From Octopus sinensis (Eukaryota), in NCBI RefSeq assembly GCF_006345805.1, contig NW_021834241.1, positions 8,628 through 72,627 of the forward strand: a stretch of 64,000 nucleotides of DNA, read 5' to 3'. Positions 46,079-59,534 of the stretch are shown piece after piece. The notes below the pieces were generated by a model. That model saw only the letters and a list, made by a program, of their open reading frames with translations. It made no database searches and was not told the DNA's origin. The position numbers and the translations under genes were made by a program. Every line of letters begins with the position of its first letter. The stretch's first letter is position 1.

Positions 46079-46699
46079 ATATAAATAGGAATAAAAGCTA
46101 GAATATTTAAAGAAAAATATATTCACCATGAAATTACAGAAGAAATCATCTGAATATTTCTTTCATCAAAAGCTAAATCTTTTCAATGATCTTCTTATTA
46201 ATATTATTGTGCGGAAATTGACCTACTATGAGTTCAAGACTGTGGGTTTTGCCCCTTCCTCTCAAGGTTAAATAAGAGGAAATAAATTACAGAATCCTCC
46301 CAACGCAAAGTGATTTAAGAATGATTGTGGCGGGTACATCCCACCCCACAATACACAAACAGATGTACACAATCATATACACAGGCACACACACACACTC
46401 ACACATGTGCACATATATACATATATGCACATAATAGTTTTATACATGCAGGCAGCAGAATATATAGGCATGCGTTTGCCTGAGCTTGAGTGTGTGTCTG
46501 TGTGTGCATGCATATTATATGCGCGTGCACACACACACACACACACACACATACACACACATATATATATACATATATAAACCTATGCATACATGAAATG
46601 AGGTTTATTTGTTTGTACAATGAAGAAACAAATTAAAATTTCAAACAATGTTAATGGGAAATTTGATATTGTTTATGTTAATGGCACTCGTGATAATGA

Positions 46700-46705
46700 T
46701 AAAAG

Positions 46706-46766
<61 letters not shown>

Positions 46767-46786
46767 GGTGGTGGTGGTGGTGGTGG

Positions 46787-46853
<67 letters not shown>

Positions 46854-47477
46854 GGTGGTGGTGGTGGTGGTGATGATGATGATAATGGTGGTGATTGTGA
46901 TGATGATGATGATGATGAGGACGATGATGATGATGGTGGTGGTGATGATGATGATGATGATGATGACGATGACGACGACGATGATGATGTTGATGATGAT
47001 AATGGTGATGGTGATGATGATGATGTTGATGATAAGGAGGAGAGATGATGATTAGGATGTTAATGATGATGACGATGATGATGGTTGTTGGTGCTGGAGA
47101 TGGTGTTCCTTGTGATGAAGATGATGGTGGCAGTGGCGGTGAAGATGGTGGTGGCAGATATTAATGGCACCAATGCAGGTTTCATTGCAATTGCAGCAAT
47201 TGGATCTTCTCTTATTTTTTTTTGATCATGATGATAACGAGTACGATAAAAATGATGACAGCGATAGCGAATGATGGCAACGATAACAATGATAACAACC
47301 TTGACAATAGCTGCTACTACTTGATCAAGACGATGACCATGACGATGATCATGATGTTGATGATGATGATGATGATGATGATATGATGATGATGATGATG
47401 ATGATGTTGATGCTGATAATGATGTTGATGATGATGATGACGACGATGACAATGATAATAACAAAAAAGACGATGAC

Positions 47478-47517
<40 letters not shown>

Positions 47518-47660
47518 TTGATGATGATGATGATGATGATGATGTTGATGATGATGATGATGATGATGATGATGTTGATGATGATGATGATGATGACGAT
47601 GACAATGATAATAACAAAAAAGACGATGATGATGATGAGGATGATGATGATGATGATAAA
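46700..47660. repeat. (GAT)n/(GGT)n low-complexity region with short internal duplications
   Basis: Seen directly; GACAATGATAATAACAAAAAAGACG occurs twice. Confidence 0.9.
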
Positions 47661-47757
47661 AAAAATAAAAAGAAAGCAATGCAAAGGACAAGCAGAGAAG
47701 TGAAATAAAGGAAAATAATACATATGTATGTTTGTATGGACATATATATACATATAT

Positions 47758-47809
<52 letters not shown>

Positions 47810-48016
47810 GTATACAGATACATATATATATATGTATATAATATGAATTCTTATTTCCAGTTTCTATCGTTTGTCCAAACTCGAGTGAGTAACCAATGGC
47901 AGCACACTACCTTATCAGAGTTTCTCCATCTCAAAAATCAAAGGAATTCCAATCAAAAGCCAACCAACGATAAATAATTGTGAAAAATACCATTAACTGA
48001 AACACCAAACACACAC

Positions 48017-48047
<31 letters not shown>

Positions 48048-48886
48048 TGCACACATACTTCCCTGCTTTCCTACACTTTTAGACAAGCAATTTTTTTTTT
48101 TTTTAGCGATATCGGAAAACCCTCTTCTTTTTCTTCATTCGGTTTCCCATGTGTTCTGATTTTGTTTTTGGTTTGTTTGGTTGTTTGTCTTTTTTTTCTT
48201 TTTTTTTTTTGTTCTTGTTTCTTGTTGTCCTTGTTTTTGATTTTTATATTTAAAAAAATTTTATTGCCTCTGTTAGCTTCTGTTCTTATTGTTGAGCGTT
48301 TGTGAGTTTGGCGAATTGGCTGGCTGGCTGGCTGGCTGGCAGGCTGGCAGGTTGGCTTGGAGAGAAAGGAGAGAGGGAGGGAGGGAGGTAAGTTTAGAAG
48401 ATTATTGATGGTTTATCAATGGATAACAGAAGAAAAAATCAAAACAACAATACCATAAAACGTTTGTTTTCATTTCATTTCATTTTATATCATTTTATTT
48501 TATTTTACTTTATTTTATTTACTTATTTACTTATTTATTTATTTATTTTTTTAAAAGAAATTGATGACGAGATTGAGAGAAGTTGTCAAGGAGATATGCA
48601 ATAATCCCAGTCAGTATGCAAAATCAAGCATGATGGTGATAATAATTAGGATATTGATGATCATGGTGATGATTATTTTATTTGTAATAAAAGCAGTTTA
48701 AAAGACAATGTTATAATACACTAGAGTACAGTACGAGGCATTGAAATATATAAACATGCTATGAAGTGAGACTTTCATCACAAGTGTGTACACAACTACC
48801 TATCTATATCCATTACTATATTAGTTAAACACACACAGCTATATGCATGTGTGTGTGTTTGTGTGTATACATACACACATACACAC

Positions 48887-48889
<3 letters not shown>

Positions 48890-48949
<60 letters not shown>

Positions 48950-48975
48950 CATACATATATATATATATATATGTG

Positions 48976-49028
<53 letters not shown>

Positions 49029-49160
49029 GTATATATGTATGTATATATATACATATATATATATGTATATATATATACATATATATATGTGTATATATAT
49101 ATACATATATATATGTGTATATATATATATACATATATATATATGTATATATATATATAC

Positions 49161-49191
<31 letters not shown>

Positions 49192-49320
49192 TACATATAT
49201 ATGTATATATATATACATATATATATATGTATATATATATATATACATATATATATATGTATATATATATACATATATACATATATATACATATATATAT
49301 ATATGTATATATATACATAT

Positions 49321-49351
<31 letters not shown>

Positions 49352-49360
49352 ATATGTATG

Positions 49361-49400
<40 letters not shown>
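48890..49400. repeat. (TA)n compound microsatellite
   Basis: Seen directly. Confidence 0.95.
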
Positions 49401-49404
<4 letters not shown>

Positions 49405-49690
49405 CATCATCATAATCATTATCATCATCATTTAACATCTGCTTTCCATGCCTGCATGTGTTGGACGATTTGACTGAGGACTGGTGAACCAGATGGCTGC
49501 ACCAGGCTCCAATCTTGATCTGGCAGAGTTTTTATGGCTGGATGCCCTTCCTAATGCCAACCACGCCAAGAGTGTAGTGGGTGCTTTTACATGCCACCAA
49601 CACGGGGGCCAGTTAAGCGGTACTGGCAACGACCTCGCTCGAATAGTGTTTTTTACATGCCACCTGGACAGGTGCCAGTCCAGTGGCACT
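49401..49690 (-). mobile_element. Family B retroelement 3' end
   Basis: (CAT)n...GGATGCCCTTCCTAATGCCAACC. Confidence 0.85.
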
Positions 49691-49755
49691 ATTTTTATAT
49701 ATATATATGTATGTATGTATGCATGAATGTATGCATGTATGTTTGCATATAGATG

Positions 49756-49905
49756 GAGGTATGACTGTATGGTAGGAAGTTTGCTTCAGAGCCACATGGC
49801 TCTGGGTTCAGTCCCACTGTGTGGCACCTTATGCAAGTGTCTTCTACCACAGCCTCAGGATGACCAAAGCCTTGTGAATAGTGGAATTGGTAGACAGTAA
49901 CTGGA

Positions 49906-49944
<39 letters not shown>

Positions 49945-50170
49945 GTGTGTGTGTGAATGTAGCTTTGTGTATGCGTTTGTCCCAAACCTCTGCTTGACAT
50001 CCAGTGTTGGTTTGTTTACGCTCCCACTTCCTAGTAGTTCAACCAAAGTGACTGACAGAATAAGTTCCACACTGGAACTAAATAAGTAATGGGGTGAGTT
50101 TCTTCAACTAAACCCCTCAAGGTGGTACCCCAACATTGCTGCACTCCAGTGACTGAAACAAGTAAGAGAT
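49756..50170 (+). mobile_element. Old diverged family A-like SINE
   Basis: GGGTTCAGTCCCACTGTGTGGCACC, internal (GT)n, and a GACTGAAACAAGTAAGAG tail. Confidence 0.7.
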
Positions 50171-50651
50171 AAAATTAGGACAATTTTGGTCGTATTAAAT
50201 TCTCTACCGAAGTGAGGCACGATAACCTTGCTACCTCCTCGTAATAAAAAAAAAAATTAAAAAAAGACAAATAGGTAAAAAAAAAAATTGAAGGGTCTCT
50301 AATAAACCAGACTCTCAGTCCTCAAAAAAAAAACCCTCCACAAAGAGTGAGGATTTCATCCAAGGGGTATTACATATTAGATCCGGTGAGAAATATTGAA
50401 TAGAAAATCCCTTCCATATCAAGGTTTTAGTCAAATCAGAGGACCACTTATGTACCTGGAGTGGAAATGGCCCGTTATCCACCCCAGGGGAAGGTATATC
50501 ATCGGCCAAACATGGAGGGGCAGCACCCTCGGCCTGGCATATATAATAATAATATCAAAGGGTAATCAGAAATATTAGAAATTTCCATTACCAGTGGCCT
50601 AGTGTGTAAAAATTTAAGCCAATAGATTATATGAATCACACACATATAGTT

Positions 50652-51083
50652 ATCAGAGGATGTGCAGATTAGTTACGGTTTAGTTCTGTCCATTATAGCT
50701 AAAGATTTGGGTATGAGACATGTGTCTGCTAAGTTTGTCCCAAAACTACTTTCAGCTGACCAAAGAAATACTTGGGTTTCAGTTGCATAAGATCTCCTTG
50801 ATTGTGCGAAGAGCAACAAAAACTTTTTGATAACTTTGTGTAGGCCTCTAATCAGGTACCACCAAGATTCTCTGCTCAACTTTCTCTCTTATGGTCAATG
50901 CAATGATCACACACTACACACCTTCCTTCCAAGCACTGCTGTAAGCAGCAGAAGTGAACTAGAACGTTAAAACTTAGTGTGCATACACAGCAAAATTCAA
51001 GGTCAACCTGTACCAAGCAGCTTTATTCTCCGTGCTTTAGCTTCATTACTATAGCAACAGTCCGCATACTTATTGATCAGACC
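50652..51083. mobile_element. Mariner fragment, rearranged
   Basis: + strand DLGMRHVSAKFVPKLLSADQR (WVPxxL-type motif), followed by a probable 5' terminal segment in the opposite orientation ending TACTTATTGATCAGACC. Confidence 0.65.
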
Positions 51084-51101
51084 ACATATATATATATATA
51101 T

Positions 51102-51518
51102 ATTATCTTTTGCTTGCTTCAGTCATTAGGCTGTGGCTATGCTGGGGCACCACCTTGAAGGGTTTTAGCCAAATGAATTGACCCCCAGTTTTTGCTTTTT
51201 TGAAGTTTCATACTTATTCTATTGGTTTCTTTTGCCAAACTGCTAAATTATTGGGATATAAACAAACCACCACCAGTTGTGAAGCAGCGGTGGGAGACGA
51301 ACACAAAGACACAGACATAGACACAAACACACACACACATACATGCATATATATATATATACACAACAGGTTTCTGTAGGTGAATTTGGGAATCTACACA
51401 CAAGTCTTTGGTCAGCCCAGAGCTATAGTAGAAAACACATGCCCAAGATGTCACAAAATGGGACTAAACAAAGAACCAGGTGGCTAGGATAGCCAAAGTC
51501 TTACCCCACAGCCATCCT
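51102..51518 (-). mobile_element. Diverged family A-like SINE
   Basis: Tail CAGTCATTAGGCTGTGGCTATGCTGGGGCACC through to the head. Confidence 0.75.
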
Positions 51519-51944
51519 TGTACCTATAGGCTTCCTGGATTGTAAGGTCTGAAGAAAATTTAAATTTGGCATATTTTGTGAAAAGGCAAAACAGAAACCA
51601 ATTGTTTTTCTTTCTGACACTTTGGAATAAGCAACCTGTATTGTAAACTTGGCTTGCAACCTTACAGCTGTGTGTTCAATTCCTGGTGGTGTATTGTGTT
51701 CTTGAGCAAGACCATTTTTCTCATGTTGCTCTTGTTGAGTCAACTCAGCTGGCAAAAGTCAGTCATACCTGTATATCAAAGTTGCCAATCTTGTCACAGT
51801 CCATGTCACACTGAATCTCCTTGAGAACTACATTAAAGGTATGTGGAGCACTCAATGACTTGCACATTAGTTTCACTTGCAGCCTGTTCTATTGATTGGA
51901 TCACCTGGAACCCTCATCGTCATAGTCAACAAAGTAAGAAAGGT

Positions 51945-52279
51945 TAAAGACACCCTTTGGTCATGAATGACCATAGGATTGCACCTAGTAAGTTACCCTT
52001 CAGGATACAAGTCCAGGTAAGGCTGTTTGTGAAAGACCAGCAGTCGCCAATGTACACTATACTCCCCGCTCCTTGCCACTGATGTTATTCAAGGGAAAGG
52101 TGAAGATCGATGCAGCTTGGCACCTGTGACGTCGCAACTCATTTCTACAACTGAGTGAACTGGAGCAACGTGAAATAAAGTATCTTGCTGAAGAACACTA
52201 CACACATCCCAGTCTAGGATTCGAACTCACAACCTCATGATTGTGAACTCAATGCTCTAACCACTGAGTCATGCACCTC
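51945..52279 (-). mobile_element. tRNA-derived SINE
   Basis: Head GAGGTGCATGACTCAGTGGTTAGAGC...GAGTTCGAATCC; the body is shared with 2461-2652. Confidence 0.8.
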
Positions 52280-52362
52280 TACTGACCAATGGAGTGCTGG
52301 TCTACTAATAGAATAATTTTAATTCAGAAGACTGTGTTTGGTTTATGCATCAACTCATCATT

Positions 52363-52580
52363 ACTCTTTACTCTTTTTACTCTTTTACTTGTTTCAGTCA
52401 TTTGACTGCAGCCATGCTGGAGCACTGCCTTTAGTCGATCAAATCGACCCCGGGACTTATTCTTTGTAAGCCCAGTACTTATTCTATTGGTCTCTTTTGC
52501 AGAACCGCTAAGTGACGGGTACGTAAACACACCAGCATTGGTTGTCAAGCAATGCTAGGGGGACAAACACAGACACACAA

Positions 52581-52645
<65 letters not shown>

Positions 52646-52817
52646 GCATATATACGACAGGCTTCTTTCAGTTTCCGTCTACCAAATCCACTCACAAGGC
52701 ATTGGTCAGCCCGAGACTATAGCAGAAGACACTTGCCCAAGATGTCCCGCAGTGGGACTGAACCCGGAACCATATGGTTGGTTAGCAAGCTACTTACCAC
52801 ACAGCCACTCCTGCGCC
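52363..52817 (-). mobile_element. SINE family A, full length
   Basis: Consensus match with an expanded internal (TA)n. Confidence 0.9.
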
Positions 52818-53377
52818 TAGTTCATAAATAAGTAACATGTTTATTGTTATTTGCACTGAAGTTTACACACTCTATTTTCAATTTCCTCCTTATTTATTTT
52901 GAGCAGGCAGAATCATTAGGAAGCCACACAAAATTCTCAGTGGCGTCTCTTCTAGCTTTACTTTCAGAGTATACTTACATACACATATATATTCTTTTTA
53001 TTATAAACATTCTTTTATTATACATACATATTCTTTTTATATATATCCATTCTGTTTATCCTGTTTTCAAATTCCTCATTTATTATTTCTGCCTGAGTAT
53101 CCACATAAGCTGGACCATCTGGGATTTCTTATATTGCTTCTAGGTTGTATGGGTATTTAGTGTTAAAATGCTGAAATGATCTTGCCAAGACTGAAGTACC
53201 TCAGCTGTGTTGAAATGCATGTTACTGCCTTTATCTTCCATTGCACTCTATGTTTTTTTTTCTTTCCTGCTGTTTCCATCCTTCTCATAAACTGACATGA
53301 TAAATCATAAATCTTCCATCAGTAGAGATGATGCCATCGGTCTTGAAGTACTAAAAGCTGGTGAAGATTACACATAA

Positions 53378-53764
53378 TGGATGGAAGCACTCCGTCGGTT
53401 ACAACGACGAGGGTTCCGGTTGAACCGAATCAACGGAACAGCCTGCTCGTGAAATTAACGTGTAAGTGGCTGAGCACTCCACAGACACGTGTACCCTTAA
53501 CGTAGTTCTCAGGGATATTCAGCGTGACACAGAGAGTGACAAGGCCGGCCCTTTGAAATACAGGTACAACAGAAACAGGAAGTAAGAGTGAGAGAAAGTT
53601 GTGGTGAAAGAGTACAGCAGGGATCACCACCATCCCCCGCTGGAGCCTCATGGAGCTTTAGGTGTTTTCGCTCAGTAAACACTCACAACGCCCGGTCTGG
53701 GAATTGAAACCGCGATCCTATGACCGCGAGTCCGCTGCCCTAACCACTGGGCCATTGCACCTCC
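53378..53764 (-). mobile_element. tRNA-derived SINE (family C, tail type 2), full length
   Basis: Head and first ~170 bp match 40331-40640, then a different 3' half. Confidence 0.85.
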
Positions 53765-55286
53765 ACAAAGATTACACATAATATTCAGTATACTGCAGAA
53801 AAGAGAATGGATTTCTAAAAGAAGAGACCTATATGTTTGTAACACTAACACTGTATTTTCCAGCATAGTGTTCAAGATATCCAGGCTGAAATTTAGAGCC
53901 ATAAAAAGGTAGGCCAACTTAAGCACTAAAACCAAAGAATTCCATGTGAAAAGCAGCAGGATTTGAAAAGTTATTGATGATGTTTAAATGTTTTCTCTCA
54001 GTTTACTATGATGACATATAAAAAAAAATTTAATTATTTCTTAATTTTCTTTATAATTACTTTCTGTTTGTATTGATGTGAGATTATAATTGCAAATAAA
54101 AGCAAATATTGAATATCAAAGTTGAAATAATTAAACATGGAAACTTGCTCTTTATTTCCACCTTTTTTTCACCTTGTGAAATCTTTCACCAAAAATGCCT
54201 GTTCAATCAAAACATACCTAGAAAGAAAAATCTCTGGTAAAATGGTTATTTGAGAGAAAAGTGGGAGGATCAATTCATATGATGAATATAGATTTAAACA
54301 TCGAGTTTTTGACAGAAAAAAATCTACCTTGACATATACTATGTTGTCTTGTATGCTGGAAAATACACTAAATGAAAAATTTAATTAATAAATGTCCAGA
54401 ATGATTTCATTATTATAATTACTGGTTATCAAAGAGTTCAAAATATTTCAAGTTTTCAGAATGAAAGGTAAAGATGAAAGGTAAAACAGAAGAGGGTCAC
54501 CTTGGTTTTAGGCTAGCCAATGATCAACTTCATCAACTCCAAAGCAGCCTTTAACATGAGCTGGTGAGAGACTCTACAGAAGATGACAGCTGTAAGTACA
54601 GACTTTAAGGTAGTACATATTATAAGGGAGCTATAAAACAATACCAAGTGTACTGTAATCATTGGTGGTTATATGACAGGGTCTCATCATCAGAATGAAA
54701 TAATAGTTATAATGGTGCATTGTTTGCATACTTAGCATTTCATTACAAAGAGTCAAGGGAATGTTGTATTGCTGACAAATCATCATAACTGAATTTAAAG
54801 TTATTCAACAGTTAAACCCTGGTAGAGCCCTTGGTATATTTCATGTGTGACATAGCTATGCATTGATTCTTGTGGTTGTATTTTGCTATTAGTAAAGCTT
54901 CTGTAGTTACTTTTCCCATTTTTATTGAACTGTGCATAAAATGTAATGCAGTCAACTTGATATTTTTGTATCAAATTTTATTTCAAGTACTGCGTTATAA
55001 TGAAATGTGATGGGTCCTTGTTCTAAAATATGGTCATCCATTGAGAGAGTGTGAAGGTATCAGTTGACAACACAGAAGTTCTTGAAACATTAATAATCTA
55101 ATGGCTTTAGGAATAATATTGTTTCAAATAAAATATCAAAGACAACTAAAAAAAAAACATTATGGAAACTCCTTGATACAAAAAGAATAAACTAAATTAT
55201 TGTCATGTCCCAAATATAATCTATATATTAACAACAATGTTCCTACCTTCATAAAACATGTAATGCTCAAGGGAAGTAACTCAAAT

Positions 55287-55887
55287 ATCATCATCATCAT
55301 CGTTTAACGTCCGCTTTCCATGCTAGCATGTGTTGAACAAATGCCTGAGGGCTGGCGAACCAGATGGCTGCACCAGGCTTCAATCTTTATCTGGCAGAGT
55401 TTCTACAGCTGGATGCCCTTCCTAACGCCAACCACTCTGAAAGTGTAGTGGGTGCTTTTATGTGCCATCAGCATGGGGTCAGTCAGGCAGCACTGGCAAC
55501 AACTTTGCTCGAATCTTTTACACAGGTGCCAGTAAGGCGATGCTGGTAATGATCACACTTGAATGGTGTCTTTTACGTGCCACGGGCACGGAGGCCAGAT
55601 AGCCGCTCTGGCAATGATCACGCTCGGATGGTGCTCTTAATACCCTACTAGCATGGGGCTTGAGTGCCAGTAATGCGACGCTGGTAACGATCACGCTCAA
55701 ATGAAGCCTTTTAAGCGCCACTGGCATGGAAGCCGGTTAGCCGCTCTGTCAATGATCACACTCTTATGGTGCTCTTTGCACCCCACTAGCACGGATGCCA
55801 GTCATCAAGTTTGATTTTGATTTTTGATTTTGATTTTTGATTTCACTTGCCTCAACAGGTCTTCGCAAGCAGAGTTTTAGTGTTCAA
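55287..55887 (-). mobile_element. RTE LINE 3' UTR fragment (family B end plus tandem units)
   Basis: Same (CAT)n end, ~60-bp units, (GATTTT)n tract and CACTTGCCTCAAC..GTCTTC as 10066-10140. Confidence 0.85.
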
Positions 55888-56179
55888 AGAAGAAGAAATG
55901 GCAGGTGGGACATTGGTGTAAGAGATACAAAGAGAAAGAGAGAGAGACAGGAAAGAGAATGAGAGAATGTGAGACAGACAGCGGATACTAAGGAGATGCT
56001 GTGTAACATCACTGCATATTTAGTTATCTCTTTCTCTCAATTGCTCCCTCACTGTGTTCTTTTATCCATTTGCTATTATCAACACCATCATTGCTGCCAC
56101 CACCACTACCTTAACAACCAAATCCACTGCCTCCTCAATCACTACTATCATAACATCAACTACTACTTGTGTGAGCATA

Positions 56180-56359
56180 GGCGCAGGAGTGTCTGTGTGG
56201 TAAGTAGCTTGCTAACCAACCACATGGTTTCGGGTTCAGTCCCACTGCGTGGCATATTGGGCAAATGCCTTCTGCTATAGCCTCGGGCCGACCAATGCCT
56301 TGTGAGTGGATTTGGTAGACGGAAACTGAAAGAAGCCTGTCTTATATATGTATATATAT
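56180..56359 (+). mobile_element. SINE family A, 5' half (3' half-type sequence at 56925-57151)
   Basis: Head to the internal (TA)n, then interrupted by the palindrome. Confidence 0.85.
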
Positions 56360-56445
56360 ATTTCAACAATTGAGGGTAAAATTAATTAATTATTAATCAA
56401 TTAATTGATTAATAATTAATTAATTTTACCCTCAATTGTTGAAAT
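56360..56445. repeat. Perfect 86-bp palindrome with no spacer, centred on TTAA
   Basis: 56360-56402 is the exact reverse complement of 56403-56445. Confidence 0.95.
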
Positions 56446-56924
56446 TATAATTCATTTCTCTCTATTTAATGCTTCGGTTTTTACCGATAAAACATAGTGT
56501 TTACCAATTTTAACCCACGCTGGTGGAAAGGGGAGAGCAGAAATTCTTCGCTTGCATATTTTGAATTTGATAGCACTGGTAGTTGGAGCAGATCTCCGGA
56601 AGTGATAAGAAGCCAAAAGGGTATGCTCCCGCTTTCAGTGTTCCCAAATCCGAATCAAGGAGTTCTGAGCTGACAAAAGAAATGTCGATTTGACTAATCT
56701 AGAAACGTACGTTCTCAAATAACCTTTGCATTTGTGATTTTTTAATGTTTTTACCCCCATATCTTCGTGAGTTGACTTGAGCAAACACTATATGAGAGAG
56801 ATTTTCTTTAAGTATTAGAAATAGTTTAAAAAATTTTTTTAGCTGCTATTTCTAATGAGTTCAGTATGTGGCAAAGTAATTTATTTTACTAAGCCCTTTT
56901 ATATTATGTATATATATATATATA

Positions 56925-57151
56925 TTTATGCGTGTGTGTGTTTGTGTGTCTGTGTTTGTCCCCCTAGTATTGCTTGACAACTGATGCTGATGTGTTTACG
57001 TCCCCGTAACTTAGCGGTTCGGCAAAAGAGACCGATAGAGTAAGTACTGGGCTTACAAAGAATAAGTCCTGGGGTCGATTTGCTCGACTAAAGGCGGTGC
57101 TCCAGCATGGCCGCAGTCAAAATGACTGAAACAAGTAAAAGAGTAAAAGAG
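56925..57151 (+). mobile_element. SINE family A, 3' half
   Basis: Internal microsatellite through to the AGTAAAAGAG tail. Confidence 0.85.
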
Positions 57152-57599
57152 TATGTATTCTTATATATATGTAATTGTGCATTTGCTGCATTGAGCATTC
57201 ATATTTGTGTATTTTATATTTTAAACTGCAATGCATAAGATGCATAAACAGAAAGTATTTAGCATTCAGTGTCAGACAGAAACCGCTTTCCTGTCAATAA
57301 ACTATAACATAAATATTACAGCTATACATTCTTATTTCAATTATTAGCAAACTTTTTGTATACTTATATTTACTAAATCAGTGCAGTTCTCTTAAGGAAA
57401 TAGCAAGAAATTCATTGAAGCATTATGATGAAAACGACAAGATAGCATTACTGACAGAGGAGCCAAAAATGGGCTGTGGAATTTCTGCAGGATCTTGTAG
57501 CATAATATAATATACCGTAATATCACACACACACACACTCGCGCACGCACACACACACACTCACGCATACACACATTCACATACGCATACACACACACA

Positions 57600-58050
57600 T
57601 AAGTATATTCATACATATACATATATATATACACACACATATATAAATACATATATATATATATATGAGTGTGTATATGTACATATATGTATATATATAT
57701 ATGTGTATGTGTGTGTGTATATATATATACATATATATATGTATATATATATACTGATGTTTGTGTATATATATATATATTATATATATAAATATATATT
57801 TGTATATATATATGTATATATATGTATATATATGTATATATATATATATATGTATATATATGCATATTTATGTATACATGTGTGTATATATATATACATA
57901 TATATACACACATATACATATATATATATGTATAAATATATATTTTATGTATGTATTTATATATATATACATGTATATGTATATATATCTGTGTGCATGT
58001 GTGCGTGTGTGTATATGCATGTGTGTGTGCACGTGTGTGTGTGTGTGGTT
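57600..58050. repeat. (TA)n/(TG)n compound microsatellite
   Basis: Seen directly. Confidence 0.95.
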
Positions 58051-58671
58051 CAAAAATATACAAAAAACTTACAAAAGACAGAGACAGGAGGAAGTATGAC
58101 AAACAGGGTGAATTAGTTTAGAACTCTGGAAGAATGGAAGAAGTCTTTAACATTTCAAGACTATGCTCTCCCGCAGAAAGGAATGAGGAAAGAAAGGAAA
58201 TGGGGAGAGAAAAAAAACGGAGAGAAAAAATATATCAGAATTAAAGGTGCTGCATTTTGAATTAACAGGAAGGAAGTAGCTGAAGGCATGGGTGACCAGG
58301 GAGACAACAGTGACCTGCCAAATGTGTGTGTGTGTGTGAAGATGTGTGTGTGTGTGTTTTTAAATATATTTTGGTGAGCACTCATGTATGTGAACGTGTG
58401 TATATGTGTGTAAGTGTGTGAGGCTGTCTAATGTTTGCTTGCAAGGCTATCAAGATGTGTATGTGTAGAAGCTATAAGTGCATACACACACAGACACTCA
58501 CACACACACACACACACGCATGCACACACACACATACACACACACATATATATATATATATAATAATATGTTTTTTATAGATAAATTTCCTCTATTTACA
58601 TGATATTGAGGTCTCTTTCTTTCTTTTGTTATCTTACCGTTTTTTACCAATATATCTATATATATACATAT

Positions 58672-58717
<46 letters not shown>

Positions 58718-59122
58718 ATTATATATATATATATAACCACTGACTCTCTTTGTTTGCCACCACACTACATTCACTCTTACCATCTGCACGCACGCCTATC
58801 ACTATATATCCTTCACTCACCCCAATTATTTTTTCTATTCATTCATCTTACACCTCGATTCATCCAACACCTCATCTTCACCATCTTATTCTCTCTTTCC
58901 ATTTCCATTCCAGTTATTCTTACACACCCTTATATATTGCAGTAAAGTCTTGTATCTTCTCCATAATAAAAAGAAAAAAAACGAAAACTTGTTCTTATCT
59001 CTTCTATCATAGTTTAACTTCTTGACATCTAGCTTAAACTGCCTTTCACAATGCTATGCCCCATTCAGTTGAGAAGATGCTTTATTCTTCTGAGTTGCGT
59101 GATCATATCACTAGTTCTGGCC

Positions 59123-59435
59123 CCTGTCAGTTACAACGAGTGTTCCAGTTGATCCAATCAGCAGAGTAGCCAACTCGTGAAGCTAAGTTATCTTGTAAAT
59201 GGGTGAGCACACCGCAAACAAGCATGCCCTCAATGTAGTTCTCTCGGGGAGATTCAGTGTGACACTGAATGGTACAAGGCTGGTCCTTTGGAATACGGGA
59301 GATACTCATTTTTGCCAGCTGAGTGGACTGGAGCAACAGGAAATGAAATAGCATATTCAAGGATACAAAACACCACCAGGTATCTAACTTGTGACCTTAT
59401 GATTATGAACCGAATATCCTGAGCCCCTAAGATAT
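59123..59435 (-). mobile_element. Diverged family C SINE
   Basis: Body matches 53378-53580 and the TTTTGCCAGCTGAGTGGACTGGAGC motif. Confidence 0.7.
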
Positions 59436-59534
59436 CTTGTCCACAGACAAACAAACAAATAAACAAACACAACTGAAAACAATACCTCCGCCTTCGCTAA
59501 AGCAGAGGTAGTAAGGATTTCATTTATTTGCCAC

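Noticed and set aside
47857-47880. 24-bp microexon candidate (ttcttatttccag...gtgagt) and similar 11-42 bp AG..GT segments elsewhere
   Set aside because: Such short splice-flanked open segments arise often by chance in AT-rich DNA and cannot be supported without RNA data.
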